From assembly GCA_963781585.1 (NCBI GenBank), contig CAWAGQ010000007.1:352001-416000 (forward strand): DNA of 64,000 nt. The letters run 5' to 3'. Below are positions 10,122-20,859 of the stretch, piece after piece. Each line of letters begins with the position of its first letter. Position 1 is the first letter of the stretch. The position numbers and the translations under genes are program-made. The notes below the pieces were generated by a model. It searched no databases and was not told the origin of the DNA. It saw only the letters and a list, made by a program, of their open reading frames with translations. This stretch comes from an uncultured Gemmatimonadaceae bacterium (GTDB taxonomy: Bacteria > Gemmatimonadota > Gemmatimonadetes > Gemmatimonadales > Gemmatimonadaceae).

Positions 10122-10184
10122 CCGGCGGTATATCCGCCGCCGCGGCGCGATCGCGGCCGGCCGGGCGAGTGGCGGCGGTGCGAT

Positions 10185-10320
10185 GCCTAACGCCTCCCGA
10201 CCAGCAGCCTTCCGATCACCGCGAACACCACCAGCAATGCCGCGGTGTACCAGGCGGCGGTGGCGAAGCCGGTTGCTGCATCCAGGCCGGTCAGCACACT
10301 GCCGCCGATGCGCGTTAGGC
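10185..10320 (-). other. Possible degenerate attC-like site
   Basis: On the minus strand GCCTAAC (containing the upstream gene's TAA stop) ... GTTAGGC; 9-bp perfect terminal inverted repeat; 136 bp; partial internal pairing. Confidence 0.35.
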
Positions 10321-10794
10321 CGGAGGCGGAAGGAGGTCGAGGTCGCCCGGTGGGGCGGCGAGGCGCTGGGCCCGGCGGGCGAGCCGCAGCGAAGCGGCCG
10401 CGGAGACTGCTCCGAGCGCGCTGCCGACGGGCACCAGGAACAGGGCCGGGATCAACGCGGCCGGCACCGTAAGCGCGACGAGCGGAAGAGCAGCGGCCGG
10501 CAACACGGCGCCGCCGAGAGCGCCCCACCACGCGACCCGGCGCCCAGTCAGCTCGTCGACCGCCCGGGCGCGCCGCTTCTCAGCGAGCGACAACGCGATC
10601 GCGAAGGCCGCGCCACTCACGGTGCCGAGCATTCCCCAGCGCAGGGTGGTCTGGAACAGGGCATTCGCGGGAAGCACCCCCGGCGGCACGAAGCGGAGGG
10701 CGATACTCCCCAACACGAGACCAACCGTTGCCCAGCTGGTGCCCCAGGTCAGGGCAGTGCCGACCACCCCTCGGAGACGGCGCAGTAACAGCAT
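10315..10794 (-). CDS. Hypothetical membrane protein (about 4 TM)
   Basis: MLLLRRLRGVVGTALTWG...; several hydrophobic helices; alternative GTG start at 10818. Confidence 0.75.
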   Translation of the reverse strand: MLLLRRLRGVVGTALTWGTSWATVGLVLGSIALRFVPPGVLPANALFQTTLRWGMLGTVSGAAFAIALSLAEKRRARAVDELTGRRVAWWGALGGAVLPAAALPLVALTVPAALIPALFLVPVGSALGAVSAAASLRLARRAQRLAAPPGDLDLLPPPA

Positions 10795-10997
10795 CCGAAC
10801 CTCGTTGTCTATGGCCACCTAACGCGCTGTGCCCAGCTGGGCGATCCCGTCGGCCAGCCGCAACGCCTGTCAGTGGCCTCGCGGTCGGTCCGGGACGACA
10901 AGATAGCGCACTTGTCCCGCATCGGCGCTGCGATGAGGATTCGAGATGAGCCGTCGACCGGCGACGGGCTCCGTCCACCCCCTTTTCCGGCGAGCGC

Positions 10998-11906
10998 GTG
11001 CGCATCGGAGTCGACCTCGGCGGGACGAAGATCGAAGCCATCGCCCTCGCGGACTCGGGCGAGATCGCAGCCCGCGAGCGCGTGTCGACGCCGCCGCACG
11101 CCTACCAGGGCACGATCGACGCGGTCGCGGGTCTCGTGCGGGACGTCGAAAGAGTGGCTGGCGCCGGCGCGTCCATCGGAGTCGGCATCCCTGGCGCGAT
11201 AATACCGTCCACGGGCCTCGTGAAGAACGCCAATTCGGTTTGGCTCATCGGCAGGCCGTTGGGGCGGCATCTCGAGGACCGGCTCGGGAGGCCGGTGCGA
11301 ATCGAGAACGACGCCAACTGCTTCGCGATTTCCGAGGCTGCGGACGGGGCTGGGGCCGGTGCGGACGTCGTGTTCGGCGTGATCCTCGGCACCGGCGTGG
11401 GCGGCGGCGTCGTCGTGGGCGGACGCGTTCTGATCGGTCCGAACCTCATCGCCGGCGAGTGGGGGCACAATCCGCTGCCGTGGATCACGGATGATGAGCA
11501 CCCTGGCCCGTCGTGCTACTGCGGCAAGCACGGATGCATCGAGACATTTCTCTCGGGACCGGGCCTCGTGCGCGACTTCACCGTGGCGACAGGTCGCACC
11601 CTCTCGACCCGCGAGATCGTCGCCGCCGCGCAGCATGGCGACCCCGGGGCGGCCGCCGCGATGGACCGCTACTATGACCGGCTCGCGCGCGGGCTGGCGT
11701 CGGTCATCAATGTGCTCGATCCCGATGTCATCGTCCTCGGCGGCGGGATGTCGAACATCCCGCGACTCGCCGAGATCGCGACGGAGCGGCTGCCGGGATT
11801 TGTGTTCTCCGATTCGATGTTGACGCGCGTCGTGCGCAACATGCATGGCGACTCGAGCGGCGCCCGGGGTGCGGCGTGGCTCTGGCCGAGGGCGCGGAGC
11901 GAGTGA
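10998..11906 (+). CDS. mak: ROK family sugar kinase (fructokinase/Mak-like)
   Basis: IGVDLGGTK, ENDANC, GTGVGGG, GEWGH and CYCGKHGCIE motifs. Confidence 0.9.
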   Translation: MRIGVDLGGTKIEAIALADSGEIAARERVSTPPHAYQGTIDAVAGLVRDVERVAGAGASIGVGIPGAIIPSTGLVKNANSVWLIGRPLGRHLEDRLGRPVRIENDANCFAISEAADGAGAGADVVFGVILGTGVGGGVVVGGRVLIGPNLIAGEWGHNPLPWITDDEHPGPSCYCGKHGCIETFLSGPGLVRDFTVATGRTLSTREIVAAAQHGDPGAAAAMDRYYDRLARGLASVINVLDPDVIVLGGGMSNIPRLAEIATERLPGFVFSDSMLTRVVRNMHGDSSGARGAAWLWPRARSE

Positions 11907-12142
11907 CGGCGTCGGATCGGGCGAGCGCCACGGACGCATGGAAGCTCCCCATCACGGCTTGGCGACAGGTGCGGCGCAGTCGAACCGTTTGTCGCCGTGT
12001 CGCAACGCGGCGGCCCACCAGAGGAAGCGACAGCCGCGAGCCCCGGCACTCGCGCTGGCCCGCGCCGTGGGGTGCGGCGTGCTGTGCGCGAGGCCACACG
12101 CGCGATTCCCCCAGTCATACCTTGCAGCCTTGTGCCGCATCC

Positions 12143-12161
12143 CCCCATACTTGGTGTGGGG
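12143..12161. promoter_or_regulatory. Inverted repeat upstream of padR (candidate operator)
   Basis: CCCCATAC-TTG-GTGTGGGG with one mismatch, 10 bp before the ATG. Confidence 0.4.
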
Positions 12162-12170
12162 AGGGACTCA

Positions 12171-12503
12171 ATGCCACGGGAATCAGCCGGACCATTGCAG
12201 GGAACCCTGGACGTGCTCGTCCTGCGCGCGCTCGCGCTCCAGCCGGCGCACGGCTACGGCGTCTCGGAATGGATTCGCGCGCGCACCAACGACGCCATCG
12301 TCATCGAGGACGCCGCGCTCTACAAGGCACTTCACCGTCTGGAGCGCGACGGTGCAATCGCGGCCGAATGGGGATTGTCGGACAACAACCGCAAGGCGCG
12401 CTACTACCGCCTGACGCCGGCCGGCCGGCGGCTGCTCAAGGCGGAGGAAGCCGCATGGCGCGCGTACGTCGCGGCGGTCGCCCGCGTGCTGGCTCCGGCA
12501 TGA
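12171..12503 (+). CDS. PadR family regulator (acidobacterial type)
   Basis: LQGTLDVLVL, HGYG, LYKALHRLE, NNRKARYYRLT motifs. Confidence 0.92.
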   Translation: MPRESAGPLQGTLDVLVLRALALQPAHGYGVSEWIRARTNDAIVIEDAALYKALHRLERDGAIAAEWGLSDNNRKARYYRLTPAGRRLLKAEEAAWRAYVAAVARVLAPA

Positions 12504-15238
12504 AGCGCCTCTTCCGCCTGCCTTGGCGCACCACACGCCGCATCGCCGAAGAGGCCGAGTCCGAGTTCCTCTTCCACATAGAGGCGAGAACCGAGCGCCT
12601 GGTGGCCCAGGGACTGAGCCTTGACGCGGCGCGCACGAAGGCGTTACGCGAGTTCGGCGACATGGACGACGCACGGCGCTACATCCAGGACATGGACCGG
12701 CAGGCGGAGGCCGCACGCAGGCGGCGCGACTTCGTGGGAGAGTTTCTCCAGGACCTCCGGTTTGCGACGCGACGGTTGTGTGCGGCGCCCCTGTTCAGCA
12801 CGATCGCCGTGGTGAGCCTGGCGATCGCGCTCGGCGTCAACGTGACGGCCTTCAGCCTGCTCGACGCGCTACTCTTCAACGACCTCCCGGGTGTCGTACG
12901 GCAGCACGAGCTGTCGGCCGTGCTCAAGAGCTACGAGTACCAGTTCGGCCGGACGTCACCGTCGCACCTCTCGACGCTGGAATGGGAGATGTTCCGGGGT
13001 GCGATTCCGGGATTCTCGCGCAGCGCGGTGACCGGCGTCGCGCCGGTCGCGCTCCGCATGGACGGGGAGCCGCGCGTCGTGCGTGGCGACTTCGTGTCGG
13101 GCGACTTCTTCGCGATGCTGGGCACGCGGCCAGCCGCGGGACGGCTGCTCACGACGGACGACGACCGCGCGGGTGCGCCACCGGTCGCCGTGATCAGCCA
13201 CGCGCTGTGGACGACGGAGTTCGATTCCGCGGCCGACGTCGTCGGCAAGCCGGTGTTCGTCGGCAATGCGCCGTTCACGATCGTCGGCGTGATGCCGGAG
13301 GGATTTGTAGGGCTCTATCCCGGCGAACTCGACGGGGACCTCGAGCACGGCGCGCCATGGGTGATGGTCCCGCTCTCAGCGGCGCCGCTGGTGCGCCTCG
13401 CCTCGCGAGCGACCGACGTCAAGGCGATGCTGGACGACGACTGGCTCGTGTTCTTCGGCCGCAGGAAACCGGGCGTGAGCACGCGGGCGATCACCGCCCA
13501 GGCGACCGCGGTCGCGGCGCGCGTTGGCGCCGCGTATCACGCCGAACGCCGAAACGCACGCGCCGAGGCACGCGACGTCAGCACCGGGACGGCCGCCGAG
13601 TTGCTCGCGGTCAGCCTCGCGTCCCAGGCGCTTCCCGCGCTCATCCTCCTCGTGGCGTGCGCGAATCTCGCCAACCAGCTTCTCGCGCGAGCGGTGCAGC
13701 GTGGGCGCGAAATCGCGGTACGGCTTTCACTCGGCGCCACGCGAGCCCGACTCGTGAGGCAGCTGCTCGTGGAATCGACGCTGCTTGCTGCGCTCGCGAG
13801 CGCAGCCGGCATCGCGCTGGCACGCGTGCTCATTGACTTCGTGGGCCGTTCCGTGATGGTGATGCCGTTCCGCGTGCCGATCGACGCGCGCGTGCTCGCC
13901 TTCACGGGGGGTCTGGCTGCCCTGACGTCGCTCGCGTTCGGGCTGTTGCCGGCGCTGCGCGCCACGCGAATGGATCTCTCGCAGGCGGTGAAGGACGGCG
14001 GTCGCGCGGGTGGCTACCGGCATTCGCGCCTCCGCAGCGCTCTTGTGGTCGTGCAGGTGGCGACGTCCGTGGCGTTCATGGCGCTCGCAGGCGTGTTCAT
14101 GCGCGGCGCGCAGCGCGCGCGGATCTCGGACACGGGGGCGAACGCAGACCGCATCGTCACGGTCGCGCTCGACCTCAACCTCCTCGGGTTCACACCGGAC
14201 GCCGGGCGCGCGTTCCTGGTCCGGGCGGCTGACCGCCTCGGTGCCCTGACCGGCGCGGAGGCCGTGGCGATCGCGCCGTTCCGTCCGGCCGAGCAGGCCA
14301 CCTATTTGCGCGTCCGGGTTGCGGGCGACGCTCCGGACCGGAAGCGATGGGAGCACGTGGCCGAAGTTTCCGGGGACTGGTTCGCAGTGCAGAACAGCCG
14401 CGTGGTGGCCGGCCGGCTCTTCACGCCGGCCGAGTCGAGGAGCCGGGTTCCCGTCGCGGTGGTGGACGAGGCGGAGGCGCAGTACCTCTGGCCCGGCGCG
14501 AACGCCATTGGCCAGGCGATCACGATCGGCGAGCCGTGCGACGTGAACTCCGCCTCCGACATCTGCATCCAGACGCCCGGCGCGGCGTCGCGCGGCGTGA
14601 CCGTCGCCACCGTGATCGGAGTCGTGCCGACGATCGTGAACGCCCGGGCGGAGCGCCCGTCGGGCGTGGTCATCGTGCCCGCGCCGGGGGTCTACCGGCC
14701 GCGGTCGGTGCTGTACGTGCGCGCGCGCGGGAGCGCCGCTGCGCTCAAACCGTCGGTACGCAATGCGATGCGGGAGCTGGACCCGCGGATGCCGCTGCGG
14801 TCGGTGGAGACACTCGGTGAAGCGCTCGACGCGCGTGGGGACCCGGTGGCGCAGATGGCGGCGGGCGTGGGCGCGATGGGAATCGTCTCCTTGCTGCTGT
14901 CGGCGTTAGGCATCGCGGCGGTGCTGTCGTTCGTCGTCGAACAGCGCCGGCACGAGATCGGCGTGCGCATGGCGCTGGGCGCCAGGCCGAGCGCCGTTCA
15001 GACGATGATCCTGCGGCAGTCGCTCACAACGGTCGCGGCGGGGGTTGCGATCGGCGCGCTTCTGGCAGCCGCCGGCGCGACGACGGTGCGCGGAATTCTG
15101 TTCGGGCTACCGCCGATCGACCCGATCGCGTTCACGGCGTCGACGGCGATCATCGTCGCGGTCGCACTGGCGTCCAGCGCGGGGCCAGCCCGGCGCGCGG
15201 CACGGGTGGAGCCGCTGGTGGCACTTCGCGGCGACTGA
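12500..15238 (+). CDS. ADOP-type duplicated MacB/FtsX permease
   Basis: ATGA overlap with padR; QDLRFA.R.L, CANLANQLLAR..R.REIAVRLSLGA and EIGVRMALGA...RRAARVEPLVALR motifs. Confidence 0.92.
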   Translation: MKRLFRLPWRTTRRIAEEAESEFLFHIEARTERLVAQGLSLDAARTKALREFGDMDDARRYIQDMDRQAEAARRRRDFVGEFLQDLRFATRRLCAAPLFSTIAVVSLAIALGVNVTAFSLLDALLFNDLPGVVRQHELSAVLKSYEYQFGRTSPSHLSTLEWEMFRGAIPGFSRSAVTGVAPVALRMDGEPRVVRGDFVSGDFFAMLGTRPAAGRLLTTDDDRAGAPPVAVISHALWTTEFDSAADVVGKPVFVGNAPFTIVGVMPEGFVGLYPGELDGDLEHGAPWVMVPLSAAPLVRLASRATDVKAMLDDDWLVFFGRRKPGVSTRAITAQATAVAARVGAAYHAERRNARAEARDVSTGTAAELLAVSLASQALPALILLVACANLANQLLARAVQRGREIAVRLSLGATRARLVRQLLVESTLLAALASAAGIALARVLIDFVGRSVMVMPFRVPIDARVLAFTGGLAALTSLAFGLLPALRATRMDLSQAVKDGGRAGGYRHSRLRSALVVVQVATSVAFMALAGVFMRGAQRARISDTGANADRIVTVALDLNLLGFTPDAGRAFLVRAADRLGALTGAEAVAIAPFRPAEQATYLRVRVAGDAPDRKRWEHVAEVSGDWFAVQNSRVVAGRLFTPAESRSRVPVAVVDEAEAQYLWPGANAIGQAITIGEPCDVNSASDICIQTPGAASRGVTVATVIGVVPTIVNARAERPSGVVIVPAPGVYRPRSVLYVRARGSAAALKPSVRNAMRELDPRMPLRSVETLGEALDARGDPVAQMAAGVGAMGIVSLLLSALGIAAVLSFVVEQRRHEIGVRMALGARPSAVQTMILRQSLTTVAAGVAIGALLAAAGATTVRGILFGLPPIDPIAFTASTAIIVAVALASSAGPARRAARVEPLVALRGD

Positions 15239-15300
15239 CCTCGTGCCGAGTGGCGCCGCGGTGCCCGCGTCGGCGCCGGTCCCGCCCCGGCCCGATCCGC

Positions 15301-15669
15301 TCAGCGTGCGTCAGGCACGGGTCGCGCGGCACCGTAGCGCTGGGTGGCGTAGCCGACGATCGTCCCCAGCACCCCGCCGGGCAGCATGATCTGCCAGTAG
15401 TAGCTCTGGCCCGCGGCCGCATTCATCCAAGCCACCAGGAAGGCCAGCACCAGACCGACCCCGGTGCCGAACACGATGCCGAGGGCGAGCGAGTGCACCC
15501 GCCGCGCGAAGTAGCCGATAATCGCTCCAGCGATGAGCCCCTTGAACGTGGACCCAATGACGATCGTCACGATCTGCGGCGCCGTTTCGGGCGCGGAAAC
15601 CAGAGCCGACAGACCATCGAATACGCCGAGCACGCCTCCCAGAACGAGGCCAAGCACCGTCTTGCTCAT
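15301..15669 (-). CDS. Hypothetical membrane protein (about 4 TM)
   Basis: 122-aa Gly-rich hydrophobic ORF downstream of the kinase. Confidence 0.75.
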   Translation of the reverse strand: MSKTVLGLVLGGVLGVFDGLSALVSAPETAPQIVTIVIGSTFKGLIAGAIIGYFARRVHSLALGIVFGTGVGLVLAFLVAWMNAAAGQSYYWQIMLPGGVLGTIVGYATQRYGAARPVPDAR

Positions 15670-15744
15670 TGGACCATCCTCGCGCGACCGGTTTCGAATG
15701 GATTTCGCGACTGCTGGTTCTATTCAACGAGCCGCGATTGGTCT

Positions 15745-16740
15745 TTAGCGACGGGCCAGCAGGAGGAGGAGCACCCGCATGCCCACGTACGCGAGGACGA
15801 GCGCCAGCGGCACGCGGTATTTCGACGCCAGCCGGCGCGCGCGGTCGGGCAACCGCTCCGGGAAGGCGCTCACGGGGAGGGCATTGCGAAATCGCGCCAC
15901 GTCGGCGGCGAGGTGCCCGACCGTCTGATATCGCTCCGCGGGAACATGCGCCGTCGCCTTGCGACAGATCGCCTCGATGGCGCGCGGCACGGCGGGGTTG
16001 CCTGCTCGCGCCGACCCATCGGTTTCCGCAGGTGCGCCGGTCACCAGGAATCGCAGGATGGCGCCCAGCGCATGCACGTCCGATCGCTCGTCGATCGCGC
16101 CTGGTTGCCCGCTGCGTTGTTCGGGCGCCATGTAACCGGGGGTCCCGAGCACAGTCCCCGGAATCGTGTCCGGACCGTCCGGCAACACTGTCGATCGGGA
16201 GACCGGAGGCAGGTCGACCACGTCGCGCACCTTGGCCACCCCCCAGTCCATCACAAGCACTTCACCGAAAGCGCCCACCATGATGTTTCCGGGCTTCAGG
16301 TCCCGATGCACGACACCCTGTGCATGCGCGAATCGCACCGCCTCGCAGATACGCTCGAAGATCTGCAGGCATTCGGCCAGCGGCGTATTCGCCACGACGA
16401 GATGGTCGAGCCGATTGCCGCGGACGAGCTTCATCGTATAGAAGGCGCGACCGTCGCGTAGCCGGCCAACGTCGTGCACCGGGACGATGCCAGGGTGTTC
16501 CAACCGCGCGAGAACGCGGGCTTCCTGTGCCAGCCGCTCAAGTCCTTCGGCCGTGTCGGCTGCGGCAGCGAGGACCTTCAGCGCGACCTCACGCTGAAGC
16601 TCACGATCGGCGACCCGATACACCGTTCCCATCCCGCCGCGGCCCAGTGGCTCGATCAGTTCATATCTCGTCCCCGTGAGGTCCGGTTGATCGGCCACGG
16701 CGCGGAGATGATGCAGAGCGGCGTCGGACAGGTGAGTCAC
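15745..16740 (-). CDS. Ser/Thr protein kinase with C-terminal hydrophobic tail
   Basis: [21 protein letters not shown] and GTPGYMAPE motifs; GTG at 16740 overlaps the sigma factor stop. Confidence 0.92.
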   Translation of the reverse strand: MTHLSDAALHHLRAVADQPDLTGTRYELIEPLGRGGMGTVYRVADRELQREVALKVLAAAADTAEGLERLAQEARVLARLEHPGIVPVHDVGRLRDGRAFYTMKLVRGNRLDHLVVANTPLAECLQIFERICEAVRFAHAQGVVHRDLKPGNIMVGAFGEVLVMDWGVAKVRDVVDLPPVSRSTVLPDGPDTIPGTVLGTPGYMAPEQRSGQPGAIDERSDVHALGAILRFLVTGAPAETDGSARAGNPAVPRAIEAICRKATAHVPAERYQTVGHLAADVARFRNALPVSAFPERLPDRARRLASKYRVPLALVLAYVGMRVLLLLLARR

Positions 16741-17585
16741 GGGACGCCTCGGTTCGATGCCGCCGAGCCGCCGGCGCCACTCGTCGCGTGCACGACCGTG
16801 CCATGGCGCGCCGACACGACCGGTCGCGGGTCGCGCACCGCGTTCCTGATCTCCTCCCCCGAATAACCGAGCACGTCCTCCGCCTCCGCCCTGAACTCGC
16901 GGTCCGTTGCGGTCAGCTCGCGGAGCACGTCGAGGACGTGGTGTCGCAGACGGCGACGAACGTACGCGAGATAGTTCGTGATCTGGGTCCCCGGAACGCC
17001 GAACTCGCGGGCCAGGTCGGCGTAGGTGAGCGTTTGCCTGGCATTCTGCGCCTCGATGTCGTAGCGCTCGAAGACGGCAAACTGCTCGGCCTTTCCGGTT
17101 TCGACGCACTCGACGCGCAGTCGCCCGATGGCCACCTCGAACAGCGAGCGGATCCACTCCGCGCGGAAAAGTGCATCGTCATCCTGGATTCCGGGCGCGA
17201 CCGCTTCGGCGAGTTCGCCCTCGGCGCCCGGGAAATCGAGCGGCACGAAGGACGCGCCGCCGCCCCGCTTGAGCCGCGTGGCTGCCTTGCGCGCGTTCTT
17301 CACCAATCCGTCGACCAGCAGCCTGACGAAGGTGCGGAACTCCGCGCGTGACGGATCGTGCCGTTCGAGCGAGCCATGCTCGAATGCCCGCGCGAAGAAC
17401 TCCTGGGTGAGGTCCTCGGCGTCTTCGGGCGACGCGTGCCAGCGCAGACGGATGTACTTGTACACGGGCTTCCAGTAGCTCGCCACGAGCACGTCGAAGG
17501 CCCGCTGACGAGTCGCGGGGTCACTGGCGCCGATTGCTTCGACGATCGACTGCCGGGTGGCCGGGAAAGGGCCGCTCACCCCCAT
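16737..17585 (-). CDS. ECF sigma-70 factor (kinase-associated type)
   Basis: [27 protein letters not shown] region-2 motif and a region-4 HTH ([10 protein letters not shown]). Confidence 0.85.
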   Translation of the reverse strand: MGVSGPFPATRQSIVEAIGASDPATRQRAFDVLVASYWKPVYKYIRLRWHASPEDAEDLTQEFFARAFEHGSLERHDPSRAEFRTFVRLLVDGLVKNARKAATRLKRGGGASFVPLDFPGAEGELAEAVAPGIQDDDALFRAEWIRSLFEVAIGRLRVECVETGKAEQFAVFERYDIEAQNARQTLTYADLAREFGVPGTQITNYLAYVRRRLRHHVLDVLRELTATDREFRAEAEDVLGYSGEEIRNAVRDPRPVVSARHGTVVHATSGAGGSAASNRGVP

Positions 17586-17653
17586 TTAAAGCACCGTCCC
17601 ATCGATGGTGAATAGGAATATGGGCCCCATGGTGCAAGGTGGATGGCGGGGCT

Positions 17654-17721
17654 TGAGGCCAGCGGCCACGGGTCAGAGGCCAAAGGCCAGACGCAAGAGG
17701 TAGAGGCCAAGGGCCAGAGTC
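17654..17721. repeat. Imperfect 7-bp tandem repeat (consensus AGAGGCC), about 9-10 units
   Basis: tgaggcc agcggcc acgggtc agaggcc aaaggcc agacgca agaggt agaggcc aagggcc agagtc. Confidence 0.6.
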
Positions 17722-17849
17722 GTCACCGACTGGAACCATGCTGTCCATGAGCCGCCAATGACCGACCAACATCGTCTTCGATGCCCGATCGTCACGAGAC
17801 TGAACCTCCGCTGGCCCACCAGGCCTCTCACGTCTTTCGGATCTGCGGA

Positions 17850-18145
17850 CGCGATTCCGCTCGCCCTCGCGATCGTTGCGACGCTGTGTGTCCTTCCGCG
17901 GTGCCTTCCGGCACAGGATCCGAATCCGCTCGAGGGGGTCGCGTTTCTGGCCGGCGGGACGTGGCAAGGCGAGGGACGCTGGCCCGACGGCACCGCAATG
18001 CGCGTGGACGTCCGCTACTTCTGGGGGCCGACCAGACGCGTGCTGCACTTCGAGACCTATGACCTCGAGACCGGCGAACGCCGCCTCCTCTACGAGGGAT
18101 TGATTCTCTTCGATCCATCGCGCCGGAAGCTGGTGCAGTGGATGT
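17850..18145 (+). pseudogene. Apparently truncated secreted protein
   Basis: Signal-like segment and globular sequence (LEGVAFLAGGTWQGEG...LLYEGLILFDP) that runs into low-complexity sequence overlapping the opposite-strand permease; no clear start; boundaries approximate. Confidence 0.45.
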
Positions 18146-18234
18146 CAAACCCGCGGCCCGACAGCGTCCCCCTGTCCCACCGCGAGATGATGCGTGGGAG
18201 GACGCAACGGGCCGGCAGAGCGGGGAAGGCTCCC

Positions 18235-20859
18235 CTACCCGGACCCGATCGCCTCCATTGGGCGGATCCGCGCGGCACGGCGGCCGGGCAGCCAACACGC
18301 CAACAGGGCCGTCGCGAGCAGCAAGAGTGCCACGCCGGCAATGGTGCGCGCATCGGTGGGTCGCACGCCGAACAACAACCCCTGCAGCCGGTGCGCTGCG
18401 CCTAACGTGATGACCAGGCCGATCGCGCTTCCCGCCAGCGCGTACCGCATCCCGCGCGAGATGACCAGCGCCGCGACCTTGGCGGGCCGCGCGCCCAGCG
18501 CCAGGCGCACGCCGATTTCCCGGCGTCGCTGGCGCACCACGTAGGACATCAGCCCGAACACCCCCATCGCCGCCAGGCCCAGACCGACGCCGGCGAACGC
18601 GACCAGTATCGCCGCCCACCGCCGCGGGTCGGCCAGGGCGTCGTGGAAACGGTCGGTCAACGTCGCCTCCGCCAGCGGCAATTGCGGATCCAGCGCGCCC
18701 AGTGCGCCGCGCATCGCCCGGATGACGGCCGCCGTGCCCGCGCTGCTTCGTGCCACCAGGGTCATCGCCCGCGGGTCCGCCTGGACCACCGGTCCGTACA
18801 CGGCGTCCATCGAGCCCGCCGCCCCGAGATTCCTGATGTCGGACACCACGCCGATGATCGTCGTGCGCGGGCAGTTGTAGCACCCACCCTGGATCAGCCG
18901 CCGACCCACCGCCCGCTCGTCAGGCAGGTAGTGTCGCGCCCACGACCGGCTCACCACGACCACCGGGTTTGTCTCGAAGGTATCGGCCGCGGTGAAGAGC
19001 CGTCCGTCCAGCAGGCGGATACCGAGCGTGCGAAAATACCCGCTGGTCACGTAGTACCACGGCGACGTCGGCTCGGCCGACCCCGCCGGGACCGGTTGGT
19101 CCACCAGATTGAAGTTGTCGTTGTTCCCGGAATTGTCCGGCGGAATCTGCGTCGCCAGTCCCACCGCCGATGTGCCGGGGACGTCCGACATCCGTTGCTC
19201 CGCCTCGCTCCAGAAACGCTGCCGCGCCCGGATATCCGGATAGCGGACCTGCGGGAGCGCGACGCTCACGGCGGCCACGCCCCTCGGATCGAACCCCGGA
19301 TCCACCCCCTGCAGCCGGACGAAACTCTCGAGCAGCAGGCCGCCTCCGGCCAGCAGGGGCAGCGCGAGTGCGAATTCCGCAATCACCAGAGCGCTGCGCA
19401 GCGCAGTGGTGCGGCGTCCGGTGCCGGTTCGGCGCGTATCGGTCTGGAGCGATCCGGATGCACGCGCCGACAAGGTGGCCAGCGGCGACAGGCTCACCAG
19501 CAACCCTGAGAAAATCGCGGCAACCACCGCGACGGTCACCGCGCGCCAGTCGAGGGTCGCGTTCTGGACCCGAGGCAGATCAGGGAGTTGTGTGACCGCG
19601 AGCTTCAGCGCGAGGACCGCCAGTGCGAGACCGGCAACCGCCGCGCTCAGCGTGAGCAGGAGATTCTCGGTGGCGAGCAGGCGCGCAATGCGTCCACGTC
19701 GCGCCCCGAGCATCAGCCGCAGCGCCACCTCGGATTCGCGCGCCGAGGCGCGAACCAGCACCAGCGTCGCGACGTTGGTAATCGCGAGGAACAGCACCAG
19801 GAGCACAGCGCCCGCGAAAAGGCCCACCTGACGGTCCGCCTTGCCGACGATCGCTTCCCGCAACGACTGCGGCGTCAGCTTCGCGGTGGTGTCGCGGAAG
19901 TCAGACCACAGCGGAAGCATCCGCGTGCTGATGCCGGCCAGATCGCGCGCCGCCGCATCGATGGTGACACCAGGCTTCAATCGTCCGATGCCTCTCAGCC
20001 AGAATGGGCCGCGGCGGGTGGGCAGCTGCACCCGGAGCGCTGGCCATGCGTCGGCGCGCAGTCCGCCCAGTTCGTCGCGACCGGGCGGCAGCACGCCGAC
20101 TACCGCGTGGGCGACGCCATCGATGTCGAGCGACCGGCCGACGGCGCTGTCGGCGCCGCCGAGCAGCCGCGCCGCGAGCGCGTGCGACACGACCATCACC
20201 GGCGGCGCGTCGGGAGCTTCGTCGCCGGGCTCGATAGGCCGTCCCCGGGCGACCGGAATTCCCACCGCCACGAAGAAGCCGGAGGTGGCGCGTCCCACCA
20301 CCACGTGCTCGGGGGCGCCGGCGCCGGAGAGCGCGGCCTCGCCCCGCTGCGCCGCGCCCCACGCCTCGAAGCTCCGCTGCTGGGCCGCAATGGCCGTCAC
20401 GTCCGCGGTGGAGAGCGCCCACATGTTCGTGGGCGAGTTCTTCTCGACCACGCGCACCAGCCGGCCGGGTTCGGGGTAGGGCAGGTCGGCCAGAACCACC
20501 GAGTCCATGATGCTGAACACGGCCGTGGTGGCGCCGAGTCCGAGGGCCAGCACCAGGACGACACTGGCAGTGAAGCCCGGGTTGCGCCGGAGGCCGCGCA
20601 GGGCGAAGCGGACATCGGCGGCCAGTTCCTCCAGCGGTCGAATGCCTCGGGCGTCGCGCGCCTGCTCCCGGTATTGTGCCACGCCCCCGAATGCCAGCCG
20701 CGCCGCGCGTAACGCCTCGTCAGGCGGCATGCCGCCACGCATCCGTTCTTCAGCCTCGCGCTCGACATGGAACTGGAGCTCCTCGTCCAGCTCCCGGTCT
20801 TCGCGCCGCCGCGACAGCAGGGCGCGGAGCCGCTCCACGGCGTCGGTGAAGAGGGTCAC
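18235..20859 (-). CDS. ADOP-type duplicated MacB/FtsX permease
   Basis: ELDEELQFH, DVRFALRGLRRNPGF and REIGVRLALGA motifs; overlaps the padR stop. Confidence 0.92.
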   Translation of the reverse strand: MTLFTDAVERLRALLSRRREDRELDEELQFHVEREAEERMRGGMPPDEALRAARLAFGGVAQYREQARDARGIRPLEELAADVRFALRGLRRNPGFTASVVLVLALGLGATTAVFSIMDSVVLADLPYPEPGRLVRVVEKNSPTNMWALSTADVTAIAAQQRSFEAWGAAQRGEAALSGAGAPEHVVVGRATSGFFVAVGIPVARGRPIEPGDEAPDAPPVMVVSHALAARLLGGADSAVGRSLDIDGVAHAVVGVLPPGRDELGGLRADAWPALRVQLPTRRGPFWLRGIGRLKPGVTIDAAARDLAGISTRMLPLWSDFRDTTAKLTPQSLREAIVGKADRQVGLFAGAVLLVLFLAITNVATLVLVRASARESEVALRLMLGARRGRIARLLATENLLLTLSAAVAGLALAVLALKLAVTQLPDLPRVQNATLDWRAVTVAVVAAIFSGLLVSLSPLATLSARASGSLQTDTRRTGTGRRTTALRSALVIAEFALALPLLAGGGLLLESFVRLQGVDPGFDPRGVAAVSVALPQVRYPDIRARQRFWSEAEQRMSDVPGTSAVGLATQIPPDNSGNNDNFNLVDQPVPAGSAEPTSPWYYVTSGYFRTLGIRLLDGRLFTAADTFETNPVVVVSRSWARHYLPDERAVGRRLIQGGCYNCPRTTIIGVVSDIRNLGAAGSMDAVYGPVVQADPRAMTLVARSSAGTAAVIRAMRGALGALDPQLPLAEATLTDRFHDALADPRRWAAILVAFAGVGLGLAAMGVFGLMSYVVRQRRREIGVRLALGARPAKVAALVISRGMRYALAGSAIGLVITLGAAHRLQGLLFGVRPTDARTIAGVALLLLATALLACWLPGRRAARIRPMEAIGSG

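Noticed and set aside
10187..10531. 114-aa minus-strand ORF ending in a hydrophobic peptide
   Set aside because: Mostly overlaps the real membrane gene in another frame and lacks a clear RBS; the region is better explained as attC-like, though a tiny TM peptide is not excluded.
11876..12499. Long N-terminal extension of the first ADOP permease (1120-aa ORF)
   Set aside because: It overlaps padR in another frame; the true start is ATG 12500.
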